Shown here piece by piece: positions 29,098 through 38,279 of a stretch of 64,000 nt of DNA. Both the position numbers and the translations under genes were made by a program. The notes beneath the pieces are model-generated. The model saw only the letters and a program-made list of their open reading frames with translations. It was not told the DNA's origin and did not search any database. Numbering within the stretch: position 1 is the stretch's first letter; every line of letters starts with the position of its first letter. The stretch is from positions 52,040-116,039 of the forward strand of contig JAHQWW010000003.1 in NCBI GenBank assembly GCA_029856365.1, given 5' to 3'. The DNA is from Candidatus Hodarchaeota archaeon. GTDB taxonomy: Archaea; Asgardarchaeota; Heimdallarchaeia; Hodarchaeales; Hodarchaeaceae.

Positions 29098-29802
29098 CTA
29101 TTCTGCTGAAAGGCCAATTAGAAAGTTCATTATTGAACTCGCGTTATCAGGACTTTCACGCTGAATTCCGCAGTTTGTGCACACAGAGTACGGAACACTA
29201 TGGCTTTTTCCCCAGTAATTAATCTTGTAAGTACCTTGCCAGAATTTCCCCCCACACTCACAGTCATCACCAGGAGTCTCTATGAAATCCGTTTCCACTT
29301 GTCGCACTTGACCAACGACCTTACGAAGATAAATACTGGGATTAGTTATCTTATGAATGCTTTCAGGATCATATCTTGTTTCGAAAAAAGTAATTTCGTG
29401 TATATGGGGATATTGGCTAGTATAATCTATCTGCAGCAATTCTGGAGTCAAAATTCCATTTGTTACAAACATAAAATGAATATCATCTAAATTTTCTCCT
29501 TGAATTTGTGATATACTATCATTCAAGGCAAGGTCTCCTGAAAAGTGAGCTACTAATTCGTCAGACTCAACAGATTTAACAAAGGTTTTTCTACTATTGG
29601 GATCTAATGTGAAAATATCTGCAATTTCTCCATTGATCAATGGGAGAAGAGGCTTAATGTCACTCCGTGAAGCTAATGGAGTGGTCGTTCGTGATAATGC
29701 GTGATGAGCAATCCGATGACTGTTTGTTTTTAAATAATCAATGATTACCCTGAGGTATAGAAATCGCTTACGGTTAGACGAGGTACTTCTAGCTTCAAAC
29801 AC
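29098..29802 (-). CDS. Hypothetical protein with C-terminal YgiT/MqsA-type Zn ribbon
   Basis: CECGG-x22-CTNCG at the C-terminus; AAGGAG SD. Confidence 0.7.
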   Translation of the reverse strand: MFEARSTSSNRKRFLYLRVIIDYLKTNSHRIAHHALSRTTTPLASRSDIKPLLPLINGEIADIFTLDPNSRKTFVKSVESDELVAHFSGDLALNDSISQIQGENLDDIHFMFVTNGILTPELLQIDYTSQYPHIHEITFFETRYDPESIHKITNPSIYLRKVVGQVRQVETDFIETPGDDCECGGKFWQGTYKINYWGKSHSVPYSVCTNCGIQRESPDNASSIMNFLIGLSAE

Positions 29803-30066
29803 TCATACTAACTCCTTCTACTTATAAAAACAAACCAAAAACTTATTCAGATGGGTGAAATGCCCATCTAGGAGTATGAATTCACTATAACGATTTACTC
29901 CATTTAAAAATATCTCTCTTGATATATATAGCAATATTAGTAACACGCTTTGTTTTTTATTTTTAGCTCTAGGTTACATTCTCTAAAAGTACTTAAATAA
30001 GAAGTTAAATTTTTTAATACCATCTTAGTTTATGTTTTATTTTCTACTTCCATTTAGGTATTCTTC

Positions 30067-31239
30067 ATGTCATCATCACATTCTTCAAAGCGAATATTAG
30101 TTGTTGGAAGAGAAGTTGGATCTATCACACGTTTACTCAAAGAAAAAATTCCTAAAGTATTAATAGGCGCGGTTGATGTATTAGGGAACGAGGAAACTCG
30201 CTTTTATGCTGATTGGAAATTTTCTGTTGAAAAACAGTCTCCTAATGTTTCTATTTTTCGTTTCAAACATCGTCCTATTCTTGATCTTCTCTTTGAACTA
30301 ACCTTAATAATGCTTGAGGATAGAGACTTTGATTTATTGATTCCTTTATCTCCCTTTCAAACTAATCCTCAATACATTCACAGATTATCTCGGGAAATAG
30401 AAGTTTATACTCCAAATTATAACTCATTAAAACTGACTACATCCGCTTATACTTTTTTAACATATGTTTCAGCTAATTTTCCTGAAGTAATTCCTCCAAA
30501 TATTATAATTTCTGATCTATCTAAGGTTTCTTCGATCGACCTTCCAGCAATTTTTATTTCTGACCATCAAACATATTGTTTTTCTTCTGAAACATCTATT
30601 TCATCTATTGGTTCATTGAACCAGTCTGGATTTCTTTTTCCTTTTTCTAGGATTCACTGTGCATTCTTTATAGTTTTTTATCAATGTATAAGATTTCTTG
30701 GGATACAAACACTCTCCAATCCTCATGACCACGCATTCTTTCCTGATTACCTTGAGAAAAATGCCCTTATCCCTTTTCACTTACCACAAAATTTCTCTTA
30801 TCAAAGAATCATCTCATTTCTCTCTCGAATTATCACTCAATTGGAAGTTACTGGTATGATTACCATCTATTTTGGATTATCAAAGGAAAATATTTTTCCT
30901 GTTTCTTGCAGTGTCCTACTTGATGAAAATTTTGACCTTTGGGAAAGACGATCCTCAAAAACGCTTATACCATATATTTTTTTTCCTGAAGATGAACGAG
31001 ATCCTCTTTTAGCTTCCTCCAACTTTGCATTTAAACTTCCTATATACTCTCGTCGTTCTATTAGAGTTCCTCCCCTTTTGAATAACCTTTGTTATCAACG
31101 AAACTTGGCTGGGGTGATTTCTCACCCTGATTATCCACTTTGTGCCCTCTTAGAAGCAAACTTCTCGTTTTCGGTTACACACCACCTATTCCAGCAAAAA
31201 AAAATGGAAATCCTTGAGATCCTTGATCCCAAAGCTTAA
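30067..31239 (+). CDS. Divergent ATP-grasp-like protein (COG2232-like)
   Basis: RILVVG...AVDVLGNEET..YAD N-terminus and DYPLCALL C-terminus resemble archaeal COG2232. The KP..G.GG and ExNxR motifs are absent. Confidence 0.5.
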   Translation: MSSSHSSKRILVVGREVGSITRLLKEKIPKVLIGAVDVLGNEETRFYADWKFSVEKQSPNVSIFRFKHRPILDLLFELTLIMLEDRDFDLLIPLSPFQTNPQYIHRLSREIEVYTPNYNSLKLTTSAYTFLTYVSANFPEVIPPNIIISDLSKVSSIDLPAIFISDHQTYCFSSETSISSIGSLNQSGFLFPFSRIHCAFFIVFYQCIRFLGIQTLSNPHDHAFFPDYLEKNALIPFHLPQNFSYQRIISFLSRIITQLEVTGMITIYFGLSKENIFPVSCSVLLDENFDLWERRSSKTLIPYIFFPEDERDPLLASSNFAFKLPIYSRRSIRVPPLLNNLCYQRNLAGVISHPDYPLCALLEANFSFSVTHHLFQQKKMEILEILDPKA

Positions 31240-31578
31240 TTTCCCGCTTTAACTTCAGAAGCTTCATGGGTTCCCTTACAAATTCTATTCTAATCTTTTC
31301 TAGACCAAAATTGTTAAATTATATTTTTTCTTCTTTCTTCTCGAGATATTTGTTATATCGATAAGAATTATCACATAAAGATTATTACTGAATAATTAAG
31401 ATGATTTTTTAGTACGGATTCAGAGATCCTTTATGAAATTAGTATCGGAGATTTTTCCTTTTTATCTTGCCCTAAATGTGGAAAAAACAGACATAGAAAC
31501 CTCTACTAATCGTTTGAAAGCAAAAGAAAATGGAAACCTTTATGAATCATATTTTTTCCATGACAGATAGGTGTTAAA

Positions 31579-31986
31579 GTGGTTGGAACTGATTCAACAG
31601 ATAATTTTGTAAGAGATGCGTTTAAAAAGTGCAGCCCTGAACTTGCTTTCCGGTTTTTTGGTAGTAATGGTAAAGTTATAGCGACAATTTCTAATCTTTC
31701 TGAATTAATCTCTACATTACCAGAGATTCCAGCCACAATTGCGCAATTTCACATCTTTCGAGAAACAACTAAAGACCTCTTCGACCTAAAACAACTTGAT
31801 GGCCCAGTAGTACGCTCAGATCTTGCTTTATGGATTAACTATGTTTTAGGTGATGTGGAACTCTCTCGTAGAGTATACGAACTCGGAAAAATGGAATCTA
31901 CTAATCCAGAAACTCTTAAACAGCGAGTCATTGATTTATTAAAACAGAGAGAACGAGAACTAATTAACTTGATTCGTCCATCTTAG
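31579..31986 (+). CDS. DUF5752-like protein
   Basis: FRF...NLSELISTL...FH...SDLALWINYVLGDVELS. Confidence 0.65.
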   Translation: MVGTDSTDNFVRDAFKKCSPELAFRFFGSNGKVIATISNLSELISTLPEIPATIAQFHIFRETTKDLFDLKQLDGPVVRSDLALWINYVLGDVELSRRVYELGKMESTNPETLKQRVIDLLKQRERELINLIRPS

Positions 31987-32192
31987 ATCGTCTCAATAAT
32001 ACAATTAATAGCTCTCTTTTTTTAACTTCTTTGAAGTCATATTCTAAGGAGTCATTTTTTCTCGAGGTATTAATGGTATAATTCTATTAATCTCTTATTC
32101 CTTTTAGAAATCATGTTTATCTATTCTACAAACTTTCAAAAAATATTCAAAATTCTATTAATTCAGCTGTTTTTTAAAAAGATGGTGTATTA

Positions 32193-33431
32193 ATGTATAT
32201 TATTCGAAGAATACTCCGTATAGATCCTCAACGAGACTTCTCAAAAGGACGAGAGGCGTTTGATCAAGGAAATTACGCCTTAGCTTCTAAAATTTTTTTA
32301 AAGACTCATAAACAATTTGATACTATCGATATGAAAATCATTTCTATAGAGAATGCGGCTATAGCAGCAGAGTATGCTGATATGTTTGATAAATCGCTAG
32401 AACTTTATTATCGTACTGTTCTCATCAAATTACATGTAGAGAAATCTCCCAAGGAGGTTTTACTAGATATTGATAAGGCCATACATATGGCACGACAATG
32501 TGAAAAACCCCCTATTCCTATAAGTAAATTAATCTTTATGAAATTCTTGATTTTCCTTTCCCAAAAGGATTTTGATCAATTAAACTCTTTTTATAACAAA
32601 TTGAAGTTTGAAATTTCAGATAATTATAGTAATGCGATTGAAAAAACTTGGATTCTGATTCATTCAACTGATACTTATGAAAAAAAAGAACTGCTTCCAC
32701 AGGTGGATCTTCCAAAAGAATTTTATAGCATTTCGGAAGCTGCTGAACGAGTTATGCAAAGGTGTTCATTATGTGACATCGTGTTGAATAAAATTGATCA
32801 ATCTGAGCTTATAGAAAAAGGTACCAGTTTTTCACTGTCTGTAACATTAACAGCATATGCACCTTTATCTGTTCAGAAGATTAATCTCAAAACTGGAACA
32901 AGAGGAAGGATCTTGACCTCATCAGCTCCTGAATTTCCCTTAAGATTAAGTACAGGTGAAAATTATTCGATTATATTCTCTCTTATTCCCAATTTGCCAG
33001 GGGAGTGGTTGTTAGGTCCGTTGTTTCTGGTTTATTCTATTCCATCTGAGCCAGGAGAATATCCAGTGATATCAAAACCCATTTCTCTCATGGTGGAAGA
33101 TGCACCACCCGCTTTAAGTTTATCAATGGAATCAGAGACAATTGAAGAAGATCTGGAATACTTGATAACTATTTTTGCAGAGAATGTTGGGAAAACAACC
33201 CTTCAAGAAGTGAAAATTGTTACAGAGATTCCAGAGGGAATTAAAATTCATGAGGGAACCAAAGAGAAACATATCAGCACTTTAGGAGAAGGAGAGTTGT
33301 TTCAATATGAAATTCGTGTTCGGTTTGAGCTAGATCGAACCCATTTTTCAGGACATATAGTTAAAGTATCTGGATACATTAAGGACAATCAAAGACTTTC
33401 AAAAGCTTCTCTCAGACTGGGAGACAATTAG
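32193..33431 (+). CDS. Cytoplasmic TPR/SNAP-like solenoid + two Ig-like beta-sandwich domains
   Basis: GREAFDQGNYALA and AAEYADMFDKSLELY (TPR); LSTGENYSIIFSLIPNLPGEW and ENVGKTTLQEV..LGEGE (Ig/CARDB-like); no signal peptide. Confidence 0.7.
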   Translation: MYIIRRILRIDPQRDFSKGREAFDQGNYALASKIFLKTHKQFDTIDMKIISIENAAIAAEYADMFDKSLELYYRTVLIKLHVEKSPKEVLLDIDKAIHMARQCEKPPIPISKLIFMKFLIFLSQKDFDQLNSFYNKLKFEISDNYSNAIEKTWILIHSTDTYEKKELLPQVDLPKEFYSISEAAERVMQRCSLCDIVLNKIDQSELIEKGTSFSLSVTLTAYAPLSVQKINLKTGTRGRILTSSAPEFPLRLSTGENYSIIFSLIPNLPGEWLLGPLFLVYSIPSEPGEYPVISKPISLMVEDAPPALSLSMESETIEEDLEYLITIFAENVGKTTLQEVKIVTEIPEGIKIHEGTKEKHISTLGEGELFQYEIRVRFELDRTHFSGHIVKVSGYIKDNQRLSKASLRLGDN

Positions 33432-33445
33432 TTTATTTCAGTTGA

Positions 33446-35608
33446 TTAACTAGATCGAAGGCCAAGTCTTGCAATAAAGGTAGAATAATAATCAAAACAA
33501 TCGACCGATTCTTTTTCATCTAAAGTGATTGAAGAGTGGACAATCCTGTTCCTTAAATTTCGGAAACGAGCGATCTTCCTATCACTAGGTAGGTCGAAAC
33601 CCCGTTTACGAAGGCTAGCAACTTGAAACTGAAAATCAGGTTTAGAATGAGTAGGATCGAATAATAGTTGTTGAAATCGAGTCGTTAGAAGATTTTTGAC
33701 TGACGCATCAGCCTTAATCACAAATAATTCAAAATTATTTTCCTTGAAAGCATGTTTAGCTTGATTCCACAAAACTCGAACATAATTTATGTTTTTCAAT
33801 GCTTGATCGGGATCCAAAATCTGAGGAGGATATTCTTTATTTGAGTTTTCCTTATAGTTTTTTAAAATATAATTCATCCTATTAATGACTTGGCTGTAAC
33901 TAATAAAAGTAGTTACATTTATAAAAATCACTGTGATTACGAGTAATGCTGTTGGAATTGTCAATACAATGAATAATACTGTGAAACTAGGAATATAAAT
34001 TGGGAGAAGATGGGATGTAAAAAGAATATAACCTAGAAGATTCAGAAGATCGTAAATCAGAAATCCAATAAAAATATAGAAAATCCATTCGATTTTTCGG
34101 TGCAATCGTTTTGATATCACAAGTGTTTCTGTTTCAGAGGATTCCATGAAACTAAGTAATCCAAATGTTTTGAATGGGATATTGGTCACTCGGATTAGAA
34201 TTGACTCGTTAGGAACCTCCTTAATATTGAAGATTCCACGAAGATTACTTTCTAAATATTTGTAGGTATCTCCCAACGAAGCAGGAATAGTCCATTGATT
34301 GATTCGAAACCATTTTCCTTTTGAATCTAAATACATTAGGTATGCTGGTAATGCAGCCAGAATAATAATGGAAAGAAGGATCGAGGGGAGAGTCCATATG
34401 AAGGGTTTCGGTAGACGATATTCAAAATGAATGTAGAACAGTCCTTTAGTTTCTGTTTTAGGATAAATTATTAAATAATATTTCCCCTCGTCCAATAACT
34501 TGGTAATATTAATCTCGCCATCTTGGGTTGATTGGTGCTCATATGCAGTATGAATTGGATCTTGAAGTCCCTTGTCTTTGATCTCGATGTGTGCAGAATC
34601 AAGGATTTTATTAATCGTTGGATTTTCTGCAAAAACACGAATGTTAACCTTTGATCTACTTGTATTCACCATAAACCAGAAATAATATTTCTTGAATACA
34701 TAATTATGAACCTCACGAACAGAAATAGTTTGGTTATAAGGTATTTTTCCTGCTGTAAGGTAATTAAAAAAGTTTTGATGAACAGAGGAGGATATATTAT
34801 ACAGCCCTGTATATTGTGTTTTGTGTGAGATTTCAATAATATAGTCATCTTGCTCAGGAGGATTCCAAGAAAAGTTATACAATCCGAATATTTCAGAATG
34901 TTTTTTTTCCACGGCGGTAGGATTTCCTCTTCCCGATTCCTTTGGGTATATTATTACCTCCACTTCTTCAAGTACGTTAGATGTTGTTTCTCTTAAAAAA
35001 ACGGTACAATTTTGGTTTTCCTCCAATGAAACCTTCCAATATTGGATTTCATGATCTATAGTGAAATTAGCAACCCTAAATGATTTATTAAGGGAGATTG
35101 CAGATTCAACGCTATACCCTATACTAGGCATACTAGCCAATATTTCATAAGAAAAATCCCCGCTTTTCTCCACTCTAGTATCATTCACTTGTATTGTCCA
35201 GTTACCTGTTCTTGAAGCAATCCAGGATCCCAAGTATTTATCAGAAGGGAAAAGATTTATTCTTTTTGGATCTAGTGTAGCTTGTGCACCTGAAGGATCA
35301 TAAAGCGTGACTTGAAAATCAGATTTGGAGAAAGGTGGATTAGGATCGATTGAAAAATATACTATTTGTCTTGAATTAACAGTATTAAGAGTCCAATTAT
35401 GCTGTGTAGACTTATTTGTGAAATAATGAGTTTGAGGAATTCCATGCCTCAGTATGGTTACGTTTTGGAAATTTGTCGATTTCTTCACTTTATCAAGTAA
35501 GAACATAGAAGAGGAACTAGTAGACACTGAAGAGAAATGAAAAATTAAGAGATTAAGTGTAATAATTGCAACGAGAAGCATAACATGCTTTTGGGGTATA
35601 GCTTTCAT
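33446..35608 (-). CDS. Signal peptide + three PPC-like beta-sandwich repeats + 3 TM + C-terminal HEPN domain
   Basis: N-terminal hydrophobic leader; DFQVTLYDPSG..GNWTIQV, DDYIIEI and EGKYYLII repeats; TMs at ~aa 405-427, 505-530 and 545-575; FRNLRNRIVH. Confidence 0.75.
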   Translation of the reverse strand: MKAIPQKHVMLLVAIITLNLLIFHFSSVSTSSSSMFLLDKVKKSTNFQNVTILRHGIPQTHYFTNKSTQHNWTLNTVNSRQIVYFSIDPNPPFSKSDFQVTLYDPSGAQATLDPKRINLFPSDKYLGSWIASRTGNWTIQVNDTRVEKSGDFSYEILASMPSIGYSVESAISLNKSFRVANFTIDHEIQYWKVSLEENQNCTVFLRETTSNVLEEVEVIIYPKESGRGNPTAVEKKHSEIFGLYNFSWNPPEQDDYIIEISHKTQYTGLYNISSSVHQNFFNYLTAGKIPYNQTISVREVHNYVFKKYYFWFMVNTSRSKVNIRVFAENPTINKILDSAHIEIKDKGLQDPIHTAYEHQSTQDGEINITKLLDEGKYYLIIYPKTETKGLFYIHFEYRLPKPFIWTLPSILLSIIILAALPAYLMYLDSKGKWFRINQWTIPASLGDTYKYLESNLRGIFNIKEVPNESILIRVTNIPFKTFGLLSFMESSETETLVISKRLHRKIEWIFYIFIGFLIYDLLNLLGYILFTSHLLPIYIPSFTVLFIVLTIPTALLVITVIFINVTTFISYSQVINRMNYILKNYKENSNKEYPPQILDPDQALKNINYVRVLWNQAKHAFKENNFELFVIKADASVKNLLTTRFQQLLFDPTHSKPDFQFQVASLRKRGFDLPSDRKIARFRNLRNRIVHSSITLDEKESVDCFDYYSTFIARLGLRSS

Positions 35609-35900
35609 TGGTTAAACTTCATAAAAATGAGTTAGATTATATTTATAAAATTAATTTGTATTTTAAGTTACCATGTTTCTTTTTAGTAAACTATTTGAGG
35701 CAGATAGGTTGAATGAATAAATCTGTTATTACGAACTGAAAGATTCATCTTTTATATATTTTATATATTACTCATTCCTTTTTGATTAAGTTTATTATTG
35801 AGTGTAGAGAATTATGGTTAATGAACTATAATAAAACTTATTGTCAATAAATACACTACTTGGAGAATTTTAGCATCAACCATTCGGGTTTGGAAAAAAT

Positions 35901-36542
35901 TTGAATCAAAATATTCGGATTTTCAAAAAACGCCTCCAAATTTCTCAAAAAAAGTGGAATACGGTTCAGGGCCATTCATTAAGAACAGTTAATACCATCT
36001 TAACCATCCTTTCGAGATTAAATTTGACTCAACGTCCTGATGCTTTTTCAAAGGCACTTTTAACTAGATTTACTGACATTCCAGAACGGTTAGCTTATCA
36101 TCTTGCAGAATTGATAAATAAAAGTATTATAGATTTATATTCTTATATTGAGCAATTCTCCGATATTGTTCGTGAAATGAGAAAAATAGAGAAAGTTTTT
36201 CGGCAAGATTTTTCTCTTATGGCTAGAAAACAAGTGATAGGAGGAAATGATGCATGGCCACATGATCTCGAGATCATAGAACAAGCTGAAAGAACTTTCC
36301 AAGAAATAATCGATATGTATGAGACTGAGCTTACACTTAGAAAGCAATTAATAAAAGAAATACAAGAATCAATTTCTTTACAGCCCTTAATGATCACTGT
36401 TTACTTGGTTCTCTGGACATCAGAAGTTTATATCGAACCTACTAGGATTCATGAACTCATTGAAGAATTTACACATGTAGAGAAAGTTTGTGAGCGCGTG
36501 TTCCAACAAGATTCTTATAATTCCGTTCCAAAATCTCGATGA
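35901..36542 (+). CDS. C1orf109 (AIRIM/CK2S)/CINP-like all-helical protein
   Basis: QKKW...LSRL...LTRFTDIPERL (C1orf109-like); MYETELTLRKQLIKEI...VYLVLWTSEVYIE (CINP-like). Confidence 0.65.
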   Translation: MNQNIRIFKKRLQISQKKWNTVQGHSLRTVNTILTILSRLNLTQRPDAFSKALLTRFTDIPERLAYHLAELINKSIIDLYSYIEQFSDIVREMRKIEKVFRQDFSLMARKQVIGGNDAWPHDLEIIEQAERTFQEIIDMYETELTLRKQLIKEIQESISLQPLMITVYLVLWTSEVYIEPTRIHELIEEFTHVEKVCERVFQQDSYNSVPKSR

Positions 36543-36560
36543 TCTATTTTTTGAACACAT

Positions 36561-37994
36561 TTAGCTTGCATGGAATTTAGTTAATTTTAGAATGTTATCT
36601 ATTGATCCATTATGAAACCCTTTCACTAGCAAGCCCTGAATTTTATCGTTAACAGCGTATTCGGGTTCACCATTCTCTAAAAATTTCTTTACTAAATTCA
36701 TTGACACAGTTAAACTATCTCGAGCATTCTTTTCCAAACCTGCAGGACAAATTGCAACACCTCGTAATTGAGAATTTTGTGGCCCTACTTGCGATATAAA
36801 GACACATCGTTTATCTCCTGCAGTTAAGTGGTCAGGCGTATGCCCAATTAAGTCTGAACTCATAGATTGAATAGCAGAAAACAAACCTGTGTACAAACAA
36901 ACTTCTTGTCCAGCTGGACGATGACTCGCGAATAAAGGAAGACCACCATCATCGAAAATATATATCTCTGAATCTGAGAATATCTTATTCAACACGTTAA
37001 AACGTTCATCCTCGTCGGAGGGCTCCGATGGTACTGATTCTATAGAATTTCTTTTGATTGAAGTTTCACATGAAGCAAGTGCTGGAACCACAGAAGTTAA
37101 AAAATCATTTGAAGCAGTATTGGGCATAATATTTCCTATTGTGTTAGAGTCTGTCAGAAAAAGAACAACATTATAACCTGAAATGCTAGAATCAACCACA
37201 TTAGAAAAAACTATCTCAAATTCTTTTCCAAATGTGTTTGCTATTTGTTTGGATGTGTTGTTCATGGTTTTAAGATTAAGAGATTTAATTGAAGTCACAG
37301 ATAAAAATATCATCTCCAGACTTTCGAGTTTTTCAGGAAGCGTTGTAACTAGATTCTCACCAACTTGGTCAATAGCGCCGTTTATTGCGTCTTCTAAGAT
37401 CATTGAAGATGAAATTCCATAATACATACATTTAGAGTCGCCAAAAATACGAATTAAATTGGGAAATGAAATTCCAAATCCAGATGACGGTGTAAGACTT
37501 GATATCAAACTATTTAATAGAACTAAAAAATTCTGTCGACCTTTATCGAGAGTACAATCAAAATGAAAATAACATTCTCCAAAAAAATCCCTTTGATTCG
37601 AGTGAAAACCTTTTCCTGTATCAATAAATATAGGAACAATACCAGAAAAATCGATAGAAGCCATGATTGCTCCTAAGACTCTGAAAATTCCTTCTTCGGA
37701 AGAATTGAATATGAATATCAAGAAAAAAGAATTTAAAAGGCTGCATATTTGCGGTATCATCGTTTCAGAGTCAAGAACAACTACTTGATCACATATATTA
37801 GGCGTGAAGGATGTTCCAGTGGTTATAAGTAGCAGAGGTAAGCGAGACTCACTTTTTGTGGCTAAGTAATCTTTCAATACTTCTAATTCAGTTACCAAAT
37901 CCTTGCCAACATATACGATTTTCCCACGAGGTCGGAAATATTCCAATATTGAATTTCTATCAGATCGTGAGCTCAAAGCTGATATCTCTTGCAT
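36561..37994 (-). CDS. Degenerate FtsZ/tubulin-fold protein fused to C-terminal longin-like domain
   Basis: aa ~160-282 follow the FtsZ C-domain pattern; no GGGTG[S/T]G. The C-terminus IYIFDDGGLPLF...LYTGLFSAIQSMSSDL is longin-like. Confidence 0.6.
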   Translation of the reverse strand: MQEISALSSRSDRNSILEYFRPRGKIVYVGKDLVTELEVLKDYLATKSESRLPLLLITTGTSFTPNICDQVVVLDSETMIPQICSLLNSFFLIFIFNSSEEGIFRVLGAIMASIDFSGIVPIFIDTGKGFHSNQRDFFGECYFHFDCTLDKGRQNFLVLLNSLISSLTPSSGFGISFPNLIRIFGDSKCMYYGISSSMILEDAINGAIDQVGENLVTTLPEKLESLEMIFLSVTSIKSLNLKTMNNTSKQIANTFGKEFEIVFSNVVDSSISGYNVVLFLTDSNTIGNIMPNTASNDFLTSVVPALASCETSIKRNSIESVPSEPSDEDERFNVLNKIFSDSEIYIFDDGGLPLFASHRPAGQEVCLYTGLFSAIQSMSSDLIGHTPDHLTAGDKRCVFISQVGPQNSQLRGVAICPAGLEKNARDSLTVSMNLVKKFLENGEPEYAVNDKIQGLLVKGFHNGSIDNILKLTKFHAS

Positions 37995-38279
37995 TTTATG
38001 GATTAAATTACCCTATCAGATTTTTTCTTAGAGAAGGGGAATTTCAGATGACAGGTGATCACAATCTTCGACAATCTCTTCAATGACCATATTATGTAGA
38101 AAATATTCTAAATCGCTTTTAAAGGGAGATGATACAGCTCCATGTTACATTCCTAATTAGGATTCTGACAAATTTTAGAGATTAAAAAATTATGAAAATC
38201 AACATCCATTGTTTAAGTAATAAATAGATTAATTCATATAGCAATTTTCTTCTTCCATTAGTATATTTGGTAGGTTATA

